Source: Phoronis australis
Lineage: Eukaryota; Animalia; Phoronida
Length of the DNA stretch: 64,000 bases
Direction of reading: 5' to 3'
Assembly: GCA_002633005.1 (NCBI GenBank)
Contig: NMRA01000520.1
Location: 129,559 to 193,558, forward strand
Of this stretch, positions 51,601 through 61,782 are shown in pieces; position 1 is the first letter of the stretch, and each line of letters opens with the position of its first letter. The translations under genes were made by a program, and so were the position numbers. The notes beneath the pieces were generated by a model, which had not been told where the DNA came from, searched no databases, and saw only the letters and a program-made list of their open reading frames with translations.

Positions 51601-54600
51601 ACAATACCATCGCCAGGTATTTCGAAAGTGACTCCTTTCGTTTGAAAAATACTCGAAGCTTTGATAATAAAAAAAACTGAAACTCCTGACATAAATTCCC
51701 AAGATAATGGGTTCCATCGTACCTTGTGGTTATATAAATAATGTCCATAAGTTGTAACAGAAATGTAGCCTACTTTATTAAATTTTACAATGTTTTATAA
51801 TACATTAGTTTCCATGATCAATCCTTCTGAAATTGTGCTCTTATGTACAGTGTATGCAACCTTATATTCGTTTTTAATGTCATTCTTCTTGTTTCATGTA
51901 TCTTGCACGAAAACGTTTATGACTTTTAAATTTATTTGCCTTGGATGACTGAAGTATCGTCGAAGTACCGCTACTGTTTTCTTATGAAATGTTTTTACAG
52001 TGTTTTATTATATATTTACTCAAATATTTGTGTTCGTGATGCCACTTACACTCGGCGATCTACTATTTCAACTGCCAGCTGAAGAAAAACATCTATGTAG
52101 ACACTATGAAAGTTTGTTGAACAAACTAACTAATGCCAAGAATAGCTTACTATTCAACGAAACATGTATAAAAGAAGGCCTGCAACCTAAATACACAAAA
52201 ACACACACACACATATACAGTATATATACACATATATATGTATAACCAACATACCTTGAGCAATCAGTGTTTGAATGAACACGTTCGTTGGGGGGGGGGC
52301 AATTGAACTAATAAATCAAGTCAGTTTTGGCTAACACTCAGACAGACTTTGAGCACATATTGTTTTTAACAACAAGATTTTAGTTTTATGGTTTTGTTAA
52401 TATATGATTAACTTAAAGCTATCTTCTGGCATAACGGTGTTTACATTATAATGGATGATCCGTTTTAAAACCCGTTCATCTTCAATATAACGTGAATGGA
52501 ATTGGTTGCAGTCGAATAGTTTCTTCGTACAACCACTTGCTTGTTTTAAACACATAGGCTTATGCAACCGGCTTATGAAAAGCTTCATATTCTCATCAAC
52601 AAACTTATTGTTGTAACCGTTATTATGCGCCCACATATTTATATGTGGACGCATTATGCCGTCATCTCTGTCCGTCCGTCCGTCCGTCCGTCCGTCCGTC
52701 CGTCCGGGCGGCGTCCGTCCGGCGTCCGGCGTCCGCTGCTCTATCTCCAAAACCCTTTGACATACGTTCATGAAATTTGGCACATATGTTCAATTCATGA
52801 ATGGGACGGCATGTGCGAACTTTCGGACGGATCCGACTACCGGTGTGCCCCCTAGTGGCAGTTTTGTTTTTTATGCTTACCTTTGTATCTTCAAAAGTAT
52901 TGAACGGATTTTCATGAAATTTGGTATGTAGGCACCTATTAGTGAGATGACGCTATCCTACTGTTTTCAGATGGATTCGACGTAGTTTGCGCCACCTAGT
53001 GGCCATTTTTACTGTTTTCGAGTCTGTATTTTTGCGTCCACCCCTCTATCAACCAAACCGCTCAAAGGATGATTGTGAAAATTGGCGTGTATGTGCTTAC
53101 TATAAGGAAGACAGCTGACAATGATTTTCAGACGATTTGGACTACTGTGGCGCCTCCTAGTGGCAGTTTTGTTTTTTTGCGCCCATGGCTGTATCTCCCA
53201 AACCGTTTGCAGGATCTTTACTAAATTTAGCAAGTGTATTTATGCGACGTTGACAACGAACGATGACGACTTTAGGATGATTCTGACTACCGGTATGCCT
53301 CTAGTGGCAGTTTTAGTATTTGCCTCTAGTGGCAATTTTAGTATTTTACTTTGACCTCTGTATTTTCATAGGTCTATACTTTGTGTTACGTCGTGACTAT
53401 GAAGGAAAAGTTCCAAGTAGAAATTTGTTTCTGGCATTCTAATGCTGTGCTAATCTCGTATGTTGGTAAATTTGTTAATTCTATGTTTCTGTGGTGCTTT
53501 AAGCAACTGGTGTATAGGATGTGCTTGTATTATGAAGATTACTCACATTTTGCCCCTAGCCTATTGAGGAGACAATGACCATGCCTTTCCATTTTGCAAA
53601 GTATGCCCTCTACTGGCCACTTTATGGTACCAATAAACAACCCTAGAAGGATACCGTATGCGGTGCAATTGTGGGCGCATTTCAACGCTCCGCGTTGCTC
53701 TTGTTTATCATAATTTGATTAATGCGATTACACTCAGTGTTGAAGGTTTTCCAGTCTGAGCAAAAGGAATATGCTCTTTTCAAAAAATGTGTCAAAACAG
53801 AGAGTTAATATCTCAGAGGACATTGGCTAGTTTCATGTAAACAAAGCCCATCATATGTAGGTTTCCCGTATACTGAGGTTTTAATGCCAGATCCATCATA
53901 ATCCATAAATACGTCTTAGAACGGTAGCTTGTTGTCAACTAGTAATTCAGGCGTGAATTTTAATACAGAATTTTGCTCTAAAGAGAGTTTGACTTCCACC
54001 AGCTTATCATGGTTGACAATCATAAAGATATCATCAATATACCTGCAGTACGTGTTCGGCTTTTCCTGAAGACTATCAATAACCTTAGCTACAATGTTGC
54101 ACATGTAAAAATCAGCAAAAGTTGGTCCGAGAGGTGATCCCATGGATACACCATTGGTTTGTAAATACAGTTTGCCATCGATGCTCCTAAAAGGTACTTT
54201 TGTAGTGCAAAGTAACAAATCTCGAATTACCTCCTTAGGAATACTGGGAGGAGCCATTCATACATGGTTGCACACGTCTCTGTTGTGAGAGTGGAAAAGA
54301 ATCAGTTGGTTTGGTATTGCGCAACTCCTACGAAACAGACAGCGTCGATAGTCCTCAAATTCGTGAGATCTTAAAAAGTAAATGTATCATTTCGTGGCAT
54401 TGGTGGGATTCTTAGCTGATTTCTGTTTACACCCTTACCTGAATTCGTGTTATTAGTTGATCGTTTTCATCGACGTCTTCGTGTATAGCCACGACAATTC
54501 CTTCGTATCCGTTATTTTTCAACGAATACTTATTTCGGGAGCAGAATGATGAACCCAAGCACACAAGAAAAAACAGAACTGTGACACACTGAACAGTTTG

Positions 54601-54615
54601 ACAAATCTCCATCAT
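10285..54615 (-). CDS. CLCA: CLCA-family gene A, complete: 15 coding exons, 958 aa, membrane-anchored calcium-activated chloride channel regulator / zinc metalloprotease
   Basis: Exons: 54439-54615, 43540-43681, 42992-43135, 40310-40421, 39400-39562, 32638-32773, 31236-31354, 30649-30873, 24314-24619, 23619-23735, 19750-19857, 18994-19264, 15441-15614, 14994-15218, 10285-10742. All introns are GT-AG with consistent phases; total 2877 nt with no internal stop seen. CLCA hallmarks: [69 protein letters not shown]. Confidence 0.93.
11706..12092. mobile_element. MITE-like element with 13-bp TIRs; a related left end lies at ~29771
   Basis: cgttgctcccaac ... gttgggagctacg (12/13 inverted match). 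The sequence cattgctcccaacatgttcgatt at 29771 resembles cgttgctcccaacttgttcgatt at 11706. Confidence 0.5.
12671..12764. repeat. (CA)n microsatellite with a short (TA)n tail
   Basis: About 41 AC units seen directly. Confidence 0.98.
13057..13204. mobile_element. Short hAT-type MITE
   Basis: TIRs cagtggcggat / atccgcccctg; G/C-run subterminal hairpin (gggggaccatggccccc); TSD degenerate. Confidence 0.55.
13450..14025 (+). mobile_element. Penelope-like element 3' remnant (GIY-YIG endonuclease and pLTR)
   Basis: Broken frame reads ...FNCQCGE...MTTRR...[24 protein letters not shown]...KESLAI, followed by a hammerhead-like motif at ~13988-14020. Confidence 0.6.
14994..15218 (-). CDS. CLCA: CLCA-A exon 14 (start of FN3)
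   Basis: VEEFLKDD...[12 protein letters not shown]...[14 protein letters not shown]...[16 protein letters not shown]. Confidence 0.92.
15441..15614 (-). CDS. CLCA: CLCA-A exon 13
   Basis: [32 protein letters not shown]...SEDT. Confidence 0.9.
18994..19264 (-). CDS. CLCA: CLCA-A exon 12
   Basis: [23 protein letters not shown]...[24 protein letters not shown]...LDDNGA. Confidence 0.92.
19750..19857 (-). CDS. CLCA: CLCA-A exon 11
   Basis: [36 protein letters not shown] (cf. vertebrate LQIPGIAK); AAG|gtaac donor. Confidence 0.9.
20522..23349. mobile_element. ISL2EU/PIF-Harbinger-like DNA transposon (deletion derivative) in the CLCA-A intron between exons 10 and 11
   Basis: TIRs AT|ggggctattcggaaaatt ... 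aattctccgagtagcccc|AT, plus an inverted subterminal motif tgtactagtggtgat at both ends. Contains a minus-strand THAP remnant and a plus-strand SAP-like remnant. Confidence 0.72.
22320..23287 (-). pseudogene. Spliced THAP zinc-finger remnant (transposase N-terminus)
   Basis: [40 protein letters not shown], then DYIRLL-G|[13 protein letters not shown] joined through donor 23049 and acceptor 22395; stops and frameshifts present. Confidence 0.65.
23619..23735 (-). CDS. CLCA: CLCA-A exon 10
   Basis: [39 protein letters not shown] (cf. vertebrate VDSTVGKDT). An alternative in-frame donor 6 nt further on (exon end 23613) is possible. Confidence 0.85.
24314..24619 (-). CDS. CLCA: CLCA-A exon 9 (VWA)
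   Basis: [26 protein letters not shown]...[13 protein letters not shown]...TGG...KGKVT; tttctag acceptor, gtgagt donor. Confidence 0.92.
30649..30873 (-). CDS. CLCA: CLCA-A exon 8 (VWA)
   Basis: [34 protein letters not shown]...[20 protein letters not shown]. Confidence 0.92.
31236..31354 (-). CDS. CLCA: CLCA-A exon 7 (start of VWA, MIDAS DxSxS)
   Basis: [40 protein letters not shown]. Confidence 0.92.
32638..32773 (-). CDS. CLCA: CLCA-A exon 6
   Basis: [45 protein letters not shown] matches the CLCA FC..HN..APN.QN..C...S.W motif; GAG acceptor. Confidence 0.92.
33856..35192 (-). mobile_element. Helentron-associated non-autonomous element (HINE/DINE-1-like)
   Basis: Subterminal inverted repeat actctgcgcgtg (33893) vs cacgcgcagagt (35113). 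3' hairpin attattgtcacg..gtgacaataat followed by CTAG-TT on the minus strand. Also a 5' palindrome, an (AAGAAT)n tract and an internal ~434-bp tandem. Confidence 0.75.
39400..39562 (-). CDS. CLCA: CLCA-A exon 5 (Cys-rich region)
   Basis: [54 protein letters not shown]; attttcag acceptor, gtgagt donor. Confidence 0.92.
40310..40421 (-). CDS. CLCA: CLCA-A exon 4 (HExxH zinc-binding motif)
   Basis: [38 protein letters not shown]. Confidence 0.94.
42529..42602. repeat. (TA)n microsatellite
   Basis: Seen directly. Confidence 0.97.
42992..43135 (-). CDS. CLCA: CLCA-A exon 3
   Basis: [48 protein letters not shown]; tttctag acceptor, gtaagt donor. Confidence 0.92.
43540..43681 (-). CDS. CLCA: CLCA-A exon 2
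   Basis: [47 protein letters not shown]; ttatcccag acceptor, G|gttggt donor. Confidence 0.92.
43815..44064 (-). mobile_element. LINE reverse transcriptase, distal fragment (continuation of 48736-51440)
   Basis: [22 protein letters not shown]...[20 protein letters not shown]. Confidence 0.85.
44578..48464 (+). pseudogene. Intron-containing Sola-type DDD transposase pseudogene
   Basis: Exons approximately 44578-45048, ~45519-45671, 45916-46977 (split by the LTR) and 47331-48464. Frameshift in the A-run at ~48040 and an in-frame stop at ~48213. Confidence 0.78.
45926..46701 (+). mobile_element. Solo LTR (776 bp) with a 5-bp TSD GTCAG
   Basis: gtcag|TGTCA...TGACA|gtcag; TATAAAT at ~46262, AATAAA at ~46595, and an internal ~64-bp-period duplication at 46014-46124. 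Confidence 0.88.
48736..51440 (-). mobile_element. Decayed non-LTR retrotransposon (CR1/L2-group-like): ORF1, APE endonuclease, RT N-terminal half
   Basis: ORF1 [17 protein letters not shown]...IERAHRL; [28 protein letters not shown]; [26 protein letters not shown]; several frameshifts. Confidence 0.88.
51472..52200 (+). mobile_element. Inverted 3' part of the same Penelope-like element (GIY-YIG, 3' UTR and pLTR with restart of the ORF)
   Basis: [27 protein letters not shown]...LEALII...PDINSQ, then [12 protein letters not shown]...[15 protein letters not shown]. Confidence 0.75.
52241..54257 (-). mobile_element. Penelope-like retroelement: RT, linker and start of GIY-YIG (interrupted by a HINE)
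   Basis: [22 protein letters not shown]...YCRYIDDIF...LKFT...[13 protein letters not shown], ending at RYVGYT. Confidence 0.85.
52620..53702 (+). mobile_element. HINE/DINE-1-like Helentron derivative with a (GTCC)n microsatellite
   Basis: Subterminal IR atgcgcccaca (52625) / tgtgggcgcat (53670), adjacent 5' partial inverted repeat, (GTCC)n at ~52670-52705, 3' hairpin caacgc-tcc-gcgttg. Inserted at TT in the PLE frame. Confidence 0.82.
54439..54615 (-). CDS. CLCA: CLCA-A coding exon 1 (signal peptide and N-terminus)
   Basis: [59 protein letters not shown]; donor CAG|gtaagg. Confidence 0.92.
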
Positions 54616-55574
54616 CGTCGTCTCTACTCGAGTGCGTATCAAGGAACTGAAATTACCGGGAAACTGAAATTGAAAGTAAAAACATGGATAGCCAAGAATT
54701 TTTATATTGATTTGGTACAAACGGGTATGGTGCGCTAACTAGGAAAGTTATTGACAATAATGTAGTTTCTCCTACAATTACTTCGCACTGGCTTCATGAA
54801 TTCGGCTATTGTTAACATAGATTTTTCGAACCATATTCTTTGTTAGATATGTTAAACATTTGTAATTGATTACTCTAGGTTATACACACATATGTGTTCA
54901 TGTTTTTGAAAGATCTGAAAACGGGGTCACTATGGCGTATCAAAAGCATGATGAGGTCTGTTGTCATGTTTACCATAGAATCTTTTTAGACTCCCATTGT
55001 GTGAATACATTTATTTGTACAGTACAGCCACTGAATTATTAGACTTCGTCCGGGCTGCGTCAAGACTAGCCAGAAAGGACCGTTAACGGAACGCAGGCGA
55101 GAGAGAAATCAGTCACGGTCTTCTCACGCCTGCTCTCTTAGTAACGCTCACCGCTTACCTCCGGTTTTTGATTAACGCTGGCATCATATAACAATAAGTT
55201 CCGACTAACTCCGTACTTTCACGCATTTGTCATACAAACGGAGCTCCTTTAACTAGTCCGCATCCTGATGCATGTTCAAGCACACATGTATTATCACTCT
55301 GAGGATTTTTGTACCCCACTCGTTGGGCGAAAAAACCATTAGCTCCCTTCTGCAGGTGACTGCATCTGGCATCCCCATCCCCTTCTGCGAGCGTGTGATA
55401 AGTCCCCAACCCCTAATGCGGGTATTTGCAGCCCCATCCTCTTAGTATACCTGGAATATCGTGTAGGCAATTGAATGATTCCGTCATGTACACGAAGATC
55501 GTATCATTCCTAACCCATGCCTTTTAGTTTCTCGTACATGTATTGTTGGATCGTAGTTTTTATCGGTTATACTC

Positions 55575-56210
55575 AAATGCCGTGCCTCAAGATCAAAAGA
55601 AATCTGCAGTGATACAGCACTCCAAGCAGAAATGACAAACCTGACGGAGACATTCGTAATAAATGGCTACCCAAGGGATTTCATCAAATCGGCTTTAACA
55701 TCGCAGAGAAAAGAGAATGCGGCAGAAGAACGACTAATGCAGACTATGTGCTTACAATGTACCATATATACCCGGAATAGCCCAGAAGCTAGGACGCATA
55801 TGTAAAGAATTTAAAATAAGAACAGTATACCGCAGCTCAGACCCACTGGGTCGGCGACTGACAAAATTCAAACCAAGAATTGACATGGGAAAGAAGAAAA
55901 ATGTCATCTATGAAATCCCATGTAAATGTGGTGAATGATATATCGGTGAAATATTAAGACCACTGAAGACGAGAATTACTAAACATAAGAGGTGTTGTAG
56001 AGAGGGTAATGCCTCCTCAGGAGTAGCAAAACACATGTGGTCAAAACAACACAATATCAAGTAGAACCACATCCGAATACTTGACAGTGAAACAGGTTGG
56101 ACCAAGAAAAAGATCAAGGAAGCCATGTACATGAAAGTACAAGGCAGTGTCTTCAGTCAGCCAAGCAAACAACCAAGTGTCACCAACTGAAAAGCTTTTC
56201 AACGCCATGG
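55575..56210 (+). mobile_element. Penelope-like element 3' fragment (thumb/linker and GIY-YIG)
   Basis: NGYPRDFIK...VPYIPGIAQKLGRIC...NVIYEIPCKCGE*YIGE..RPLKTRI..H...SGVAKHMW...KIKEAMYM with in-frame stops. Confidence 0.8.
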
Positions 56211-58527
56211 CCCTCCCTTGACAGTAGAGCTCCTTCAGCAACTCCAGCATTTTGAATTTTTAATTATTTTTTAACATTCACTGCTTACCGAAACTAAAAA
56301 GCTGACTGCTCTGCGCATGTCCAATGACCAGCTCGCTCTAAACAATCGGTAGCTTCTCGGCGATTGCAGATGTTATGGAGATATGACTGCTGTAGAGTGA
56401 GCGGATGTCTGTGCTTCTTTATCTCCTCAGCAATCTTTCTCTAGTCATCCTCGTCCAGGTTCAATCTTTCGTTCTTGTGATTAGTATTTTCTTGTAAGTC
56501 CTCTACCTGACTTCTGGTCTTCACCAGCTTTCCAAATGACACGAATTCTCCACGGCAGCATCAAGATGGGCACGCCCACTGAAACTATTCAACCACCTCT
56601 TGCTTGGCTCTCATTAAAATGCCCTTTATAATGCCAGAAACTTTTACTCGTTTGATATACGCTACGCCTGTTCTTCGTATCGGTCAATTGATACTACCGT
56701 CTTGTCATGCGAGTGTCGACAGCTGTGCGCAGCTTCAAGTAGAACTGCCTTGCCGTTACCGGGAAGGTGCTCCACTCACAGCAAAATTCGAAATAAACTT
56801 CGAAAGATCTCTGCCACCCTGCTAAACTTGGGATAAACATCTCGCCAGAAATATTTGGTACCTTGGTTGAACACTTATCGCACGTTTGTCGAACTTTTGT
56901 CGGAGTTTTTAAACTCCAAAAAAGTTCGACAACTTCAAAATTGACGTTTTTGAGCCTAGAAGTTTATTGTTTATTTATGAATGGATTTACGTGCAAATGT
57001 GGAAATTACGACAACGTACATAGAAGCACTCTCGGATTCTAGTCGAAAAAAGTTTCCACGTAGTTCGGTTTAGTTTGAAAACAATTGCACCAGCGCAGGT
57101 ACCGTTAACAATTAATTAGCACCCGCTAAGAAGAAAAACGTCAACATCTCCTTGCGACAGGGTTGTTATAGGAAGAAGCTAAGGCATAAATATGAGAGAC
57201 AGCAGGTTTGACTTACAAAGACAATCTACCGATAGGGCCTATGGGTGGTTATTGACCATCTCCAGGTAAACCATCAGCTCTTCATATGAGTTGACCCCAT
57301 TTAAATAGAAATTGAATAACAACATGGCTGTGATGAGTTTGCATACCTACAGAGCATCGGTCCTAGCCTTTCCGGTGACTATACTGGTGCGTATCAGGTC
57401 ACTACTTTGATGGCCCACTATTCCGAAGACAATCGGCTACTCCGAAGGTCCACTACTACGTTACTACGAAATGTTGTTTTAATTTTTTCACTGACTCCAT
57501 CGTCCAGTATGTTCTGCCAATTTCACGAAAGGGTTATTAAATTGTTACTTAATAACCAAAATATCCACACAAAAAATTGGACAATGTAGTCCAATAACTT
57601 ATGTCTGCCCTTTTTACTGTCTGTGTAGTTAAGAGTTCTTGTATCGTATCTTCTTTGAAGCTCGAAAGAGAAATATATGATCATATTAAAGTTATAAATT
57701 GAAAGTATCCTTTCATATTTGGAGGAGGCATGGAATAGCGCCTTCTTTTAGGAGTTATAATTTCGGAGTATCAATAAAACAAACCCATAAGTGGACTCCC
57801 CATCTCTGAAAATGATATAGACAATGTATTACAAGACCCTGTTAGAAATCAATTTGAAAAAAAAACAGTGGGCCGAAATTCAAATTAGCGAATAGTGAAT
57901 TGCAAAAAAATCTCAAAATTGCATAAAGTTCAACCAAACTAATTTTGTTCTCTTGATCATATTTAATATACTTCAACAGAAATACAATAATCAACATTTC
58001 GAGGTTCATTATCAGGGCTATTGGGCCGGCAACTACACTATATCCTCTAGTGCATGTTAAAACAGGCACCAGAGATTAAAGCGAGCTCTCAAGTGCAGTC
58101 GGAAACCCACCCTGAATACCAACATATACTTGGTAAACGTCGGTAAAAGCACCTCTCTGGTGCAGAGCTCGTTAAAAACTACATGTGTACGACATTGATA
58201 TACATGTACTAGTAAGAACATAAACCAGAAATAAATACACATTGTACAGTTGATATCGAATGTAAAAATAATGTCAAGTAATAAACCCACTAATGTAAAC
58301 TGTTTCTTGCAATTCATTGCATATACATGATGCACTTATGCTCAATACATTGATTTGATAGCATTCAAGGATAGATAGTACTACTTACTTACCGATAGTT
58401 GAGGTTTTGGCTTTCAGTTGAGTAAATGGTCCATTCCGTGCATGCACGCGTTTGATAAACTACATGTGAATAGTAACCTAGGTTGCGTAATGGTCATATA
58501 GTATAGTTGTCTTGAGATAGCTGACCG

Positions 58528-58531
<4 letters not shown>

Positions 58532-58584
<53 letters not shown>
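58532..58584. repeat. (TA)n microsatellite
   Basis: Seen directly. Confidence 0.97.
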
Positions 58585-58586
<2 letters not shown>

Positions 58587-58929
58587 AAACACAGTACAGG
58601 ATTTTTACCGGCGTTGTCCAAGTTGTTTACTAGATGATCCTATCGCTTGAGAAATGTCACTTGAAATACGACACAGTGGTGTTCTAGTCGCGTTAAACGA
58701 GTGAGGATAGCAATTAACATTTTCACGCCTGTAGCGAAGGCAAGGAAACTCACGCCTGACTTACGGTTGGCTCACGGTGCGCTCATACTTCGCCCATGCC
58801 TAACTCACGGTAATAATTTATTTTGGCGATTTTAAATGTCATTGTCTATGGTGCACATTGCTTTACGAATGACGTAAAGAATTACATTTCGAAACAACAA
58901 ACTACAGTGTATACACCAATCGGAAATTC

Positions 58930-59830
58930 TATAGAATCCAAAAACATATTTTAAAGGGAATTGCATAAGATCCTGTTTAAGTCCCTGATGAACTTCCTAT
59001 AGCATACTATATAGAATACTCTCTGAAAGGCTTTCCAACCTTAAATTGTATACAAATTTTGGTTACTCAAGTGCCGGAGAGAATTAACTCTAAGGATGAT
59101 AATTAAGTTTGTCTTTGTTGTATATTGTTCTATGTATTATGGTTTGAACGACGCTTAATGCTGTCGACGTTGTGCATCGCTCTATATATTCTGATTATCT
59201 GGTACTTATGGAAGTCCTGTAAGAATCCTATTGGAATTCAATCCTATCCTATTGGACGTCCTATAAAATCCTTCTGAGCTTCCTATATAACCCTCTTGGA
59301 CTTCCTATGGAATCCTTTTGAGCTTCCTATAAAATGCTAGTGAAGTTCGACTCATTTCAGTGCCAGAAACAATTTCCTCTAAAGATGTCACTCAATACTT
59401 CCTATGATGACATCGACCTGTGTACTATACTCATATAAAACTTTTTGTAACCTATAAGAAATCCAATGGGAGGTTCTGTACCTGGAAATTGAACTTCCAA
59501 TATTATCATACTGAAATTAATAATATAATTATATTGAACTTTATATAGAATCCTATTGGAATATTCTGAAAAGATTTTGTACTGTGTATAAGTTTTTCTC
59601 CTTTCAGTGCAAGAAATAATTTTCTCAAAGGAGGATGTTAAAAACCTTGCTATAGTTTTATGCATTTTGCTTATACAATACCTTTTGGAACGTAACATAG
59701 CAACTCTAATATGAAATTTTATATAATAGTCTATAAGATCCTATTGAACTTTGTATTGGATCCTATTGGAACTTTTTATTGGCAATCTTATCGAAATTCG
59801 CATATTATACTATTGAACTTCTCGTATATC
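58930..59830. repeat. Region rich in a dispersed TCCTAT(TGGAA) motif, probably the subterminal repeats of a non-autonomous transposon
   Basis: tcctattg(g/a)a occurs at ~59226, 59247, 59551, 59739 and 59761, with many tcctat variants. Confidence 0.5.
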
Positions 59831-61782
59831 AAATTATCTTTAGAGTCACTGCATGAGAAAGTCAGGCAGATGCGGGAACATGACATATCACGGATTTTTT
59901 TAAAATATAGCTTAGTTTTACACTTAGGTGGAATGGTCAACACCTAAAATAATTTTATTTTAAAATATCTAACTTCTTCACAGAAAACTGCCACCTCGAA
60001 ATTTTTGGCTAGTTTATGACTTCGGAAACCATAAAATTTTAGCATTTTTGTTGCATCACTGCGCAAAAACTACAAATTAACACAAACTAAGAATGACATA
60101 CTGAATAAACCCAACTCCTGTCTTCATTAAAATGTAAAATTCATATTTGAAACGTATTCGAAAATTAGCTATTTTTGTTACTTATTCAACCCACCGGAGT
60201 CAATTTGTGTATTTGCTGGAAATGCCCAATATTCGATCAATATTTCATTTACCGCGCAAAAATACTAAGAAAAGTAAATAAACATACTACATGTGAAAGC
60301 TGAGTCTTTGTAGAGTTCATATCTATTAGAACATTCGTGGACAGCGACATGTGTGTCCTGCAGGTTTTGATTGAAACCACCCACTTTGGTGCTTTTGGTC
60401 GTCCCGTTCGCCACTTCTGTCACCCTCATTAACAAACCAACAAAGTTCTTAAGATTTATGGGTAACAAAAAACGATGTCAACAAGATCGTTAAGGTTATT
60501 CCAAGCTTCAAATCTGAATAACATTAAAATTCTTGCGGCTAGTGCTCAAAACTTCACAAATAAGTTTGAAATTACGGCCTCAAAACGATGGCAATTGTCG
60601 CTCCCGTAATGTCTGCGTGACGTCTAGTAACCTAAAGTGGTTCGGAAAAAATAGGAACGTATATCAACACGAGGCAAGCCAAAAATCATACTTGATTGAA
60701 TGGTTATTGCTAACCATACCTTTTAAGTACCGAAGAGCCACGGGGAGCACTGGTCCTGTAAAGGTGAAAATCTTCCGAGTAATAATTTATCTGCTGCTCA
60801 TGAGATGGCGCACCGGTTTACCGAGTCGGAAAAATGAACCTTCTGTTGAACAAGTTCTACTCATTACGCAGTGCCAAGTAAATATTTTAGAGTGCGCCCA
60901 AGCGTGTAACTTTTAGAAATCCTACATTTTTGGCTTACTATCCAATGCACGGAAAACGTATATTGGCTATTGCTATTTCTATAGGAGTGTTTTCGCCAAC
61001 CTCCCGTCAACGTTTCAGACAGTTTTATTTACAATTAACACCGGGACTTCCATTTTAGTGATGACGATTGCAAAGCAAAGGACTGAAACGTAGATTCAAT
61101 GAAGCATTGCAGGTTCAGGTGAGAATGGACCAGAAGATTCCAACCGTGATTATAGAACATCCGTAACACGAATTCCAGAAGTACATAAAAATACTACATA
61201 CATGTAAGTCTAGGAATGTCATTGGTTAATCTGGGCATAAGATGTAAAACCACTAACAGAGATACAGAATTTCAAAAGGGGCAATGGCAGTGGTGCTATG
61301 AATTTAAAATACAGACAGACTACGAAAATGTCAAATTATTGTACGTAAGGTATCGGTGAACTTAAGTGTTTTATTATTTAATACTCATGGAAACTCTGAC
61401 TTGCAATACATAGAAAAATACACTAGTGCAGTATTTATTACACAGGAAATTTATACAACGCAGCCTTTGGTCATGGTTGACATCGAGCTATGGATAGGAC
61501 ACTTTAGTTTCCCACCTGTAAATTCATTATAGTACATGTGTGTATTATACAAGTGTGGGTGTTAAAGCAGGTTGTGAACGTTAAGTCTTGGGTATGGAGA
61601 TCTTTTGATCAAAACAAGTAAAAATGAAATCATAGCCTATATCACACTGCATTTTTGTCAACACCATACAAAAACAGGAGATTTGGAAAGTGCTCTGGTA
61701 TTATGGTTCCAGGGATGTTAATAATATGTAATACATAAAATAAAAAACCTTTAGGTGGTGCAGCATACATTATATTCGTCTG

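Noticed and set aside
51938-51972. Possible hammerhead in the PLE pLTR
   Set aside because: Both core boxes are degenerate (ttggatga, gaag), so it cannot be supported.
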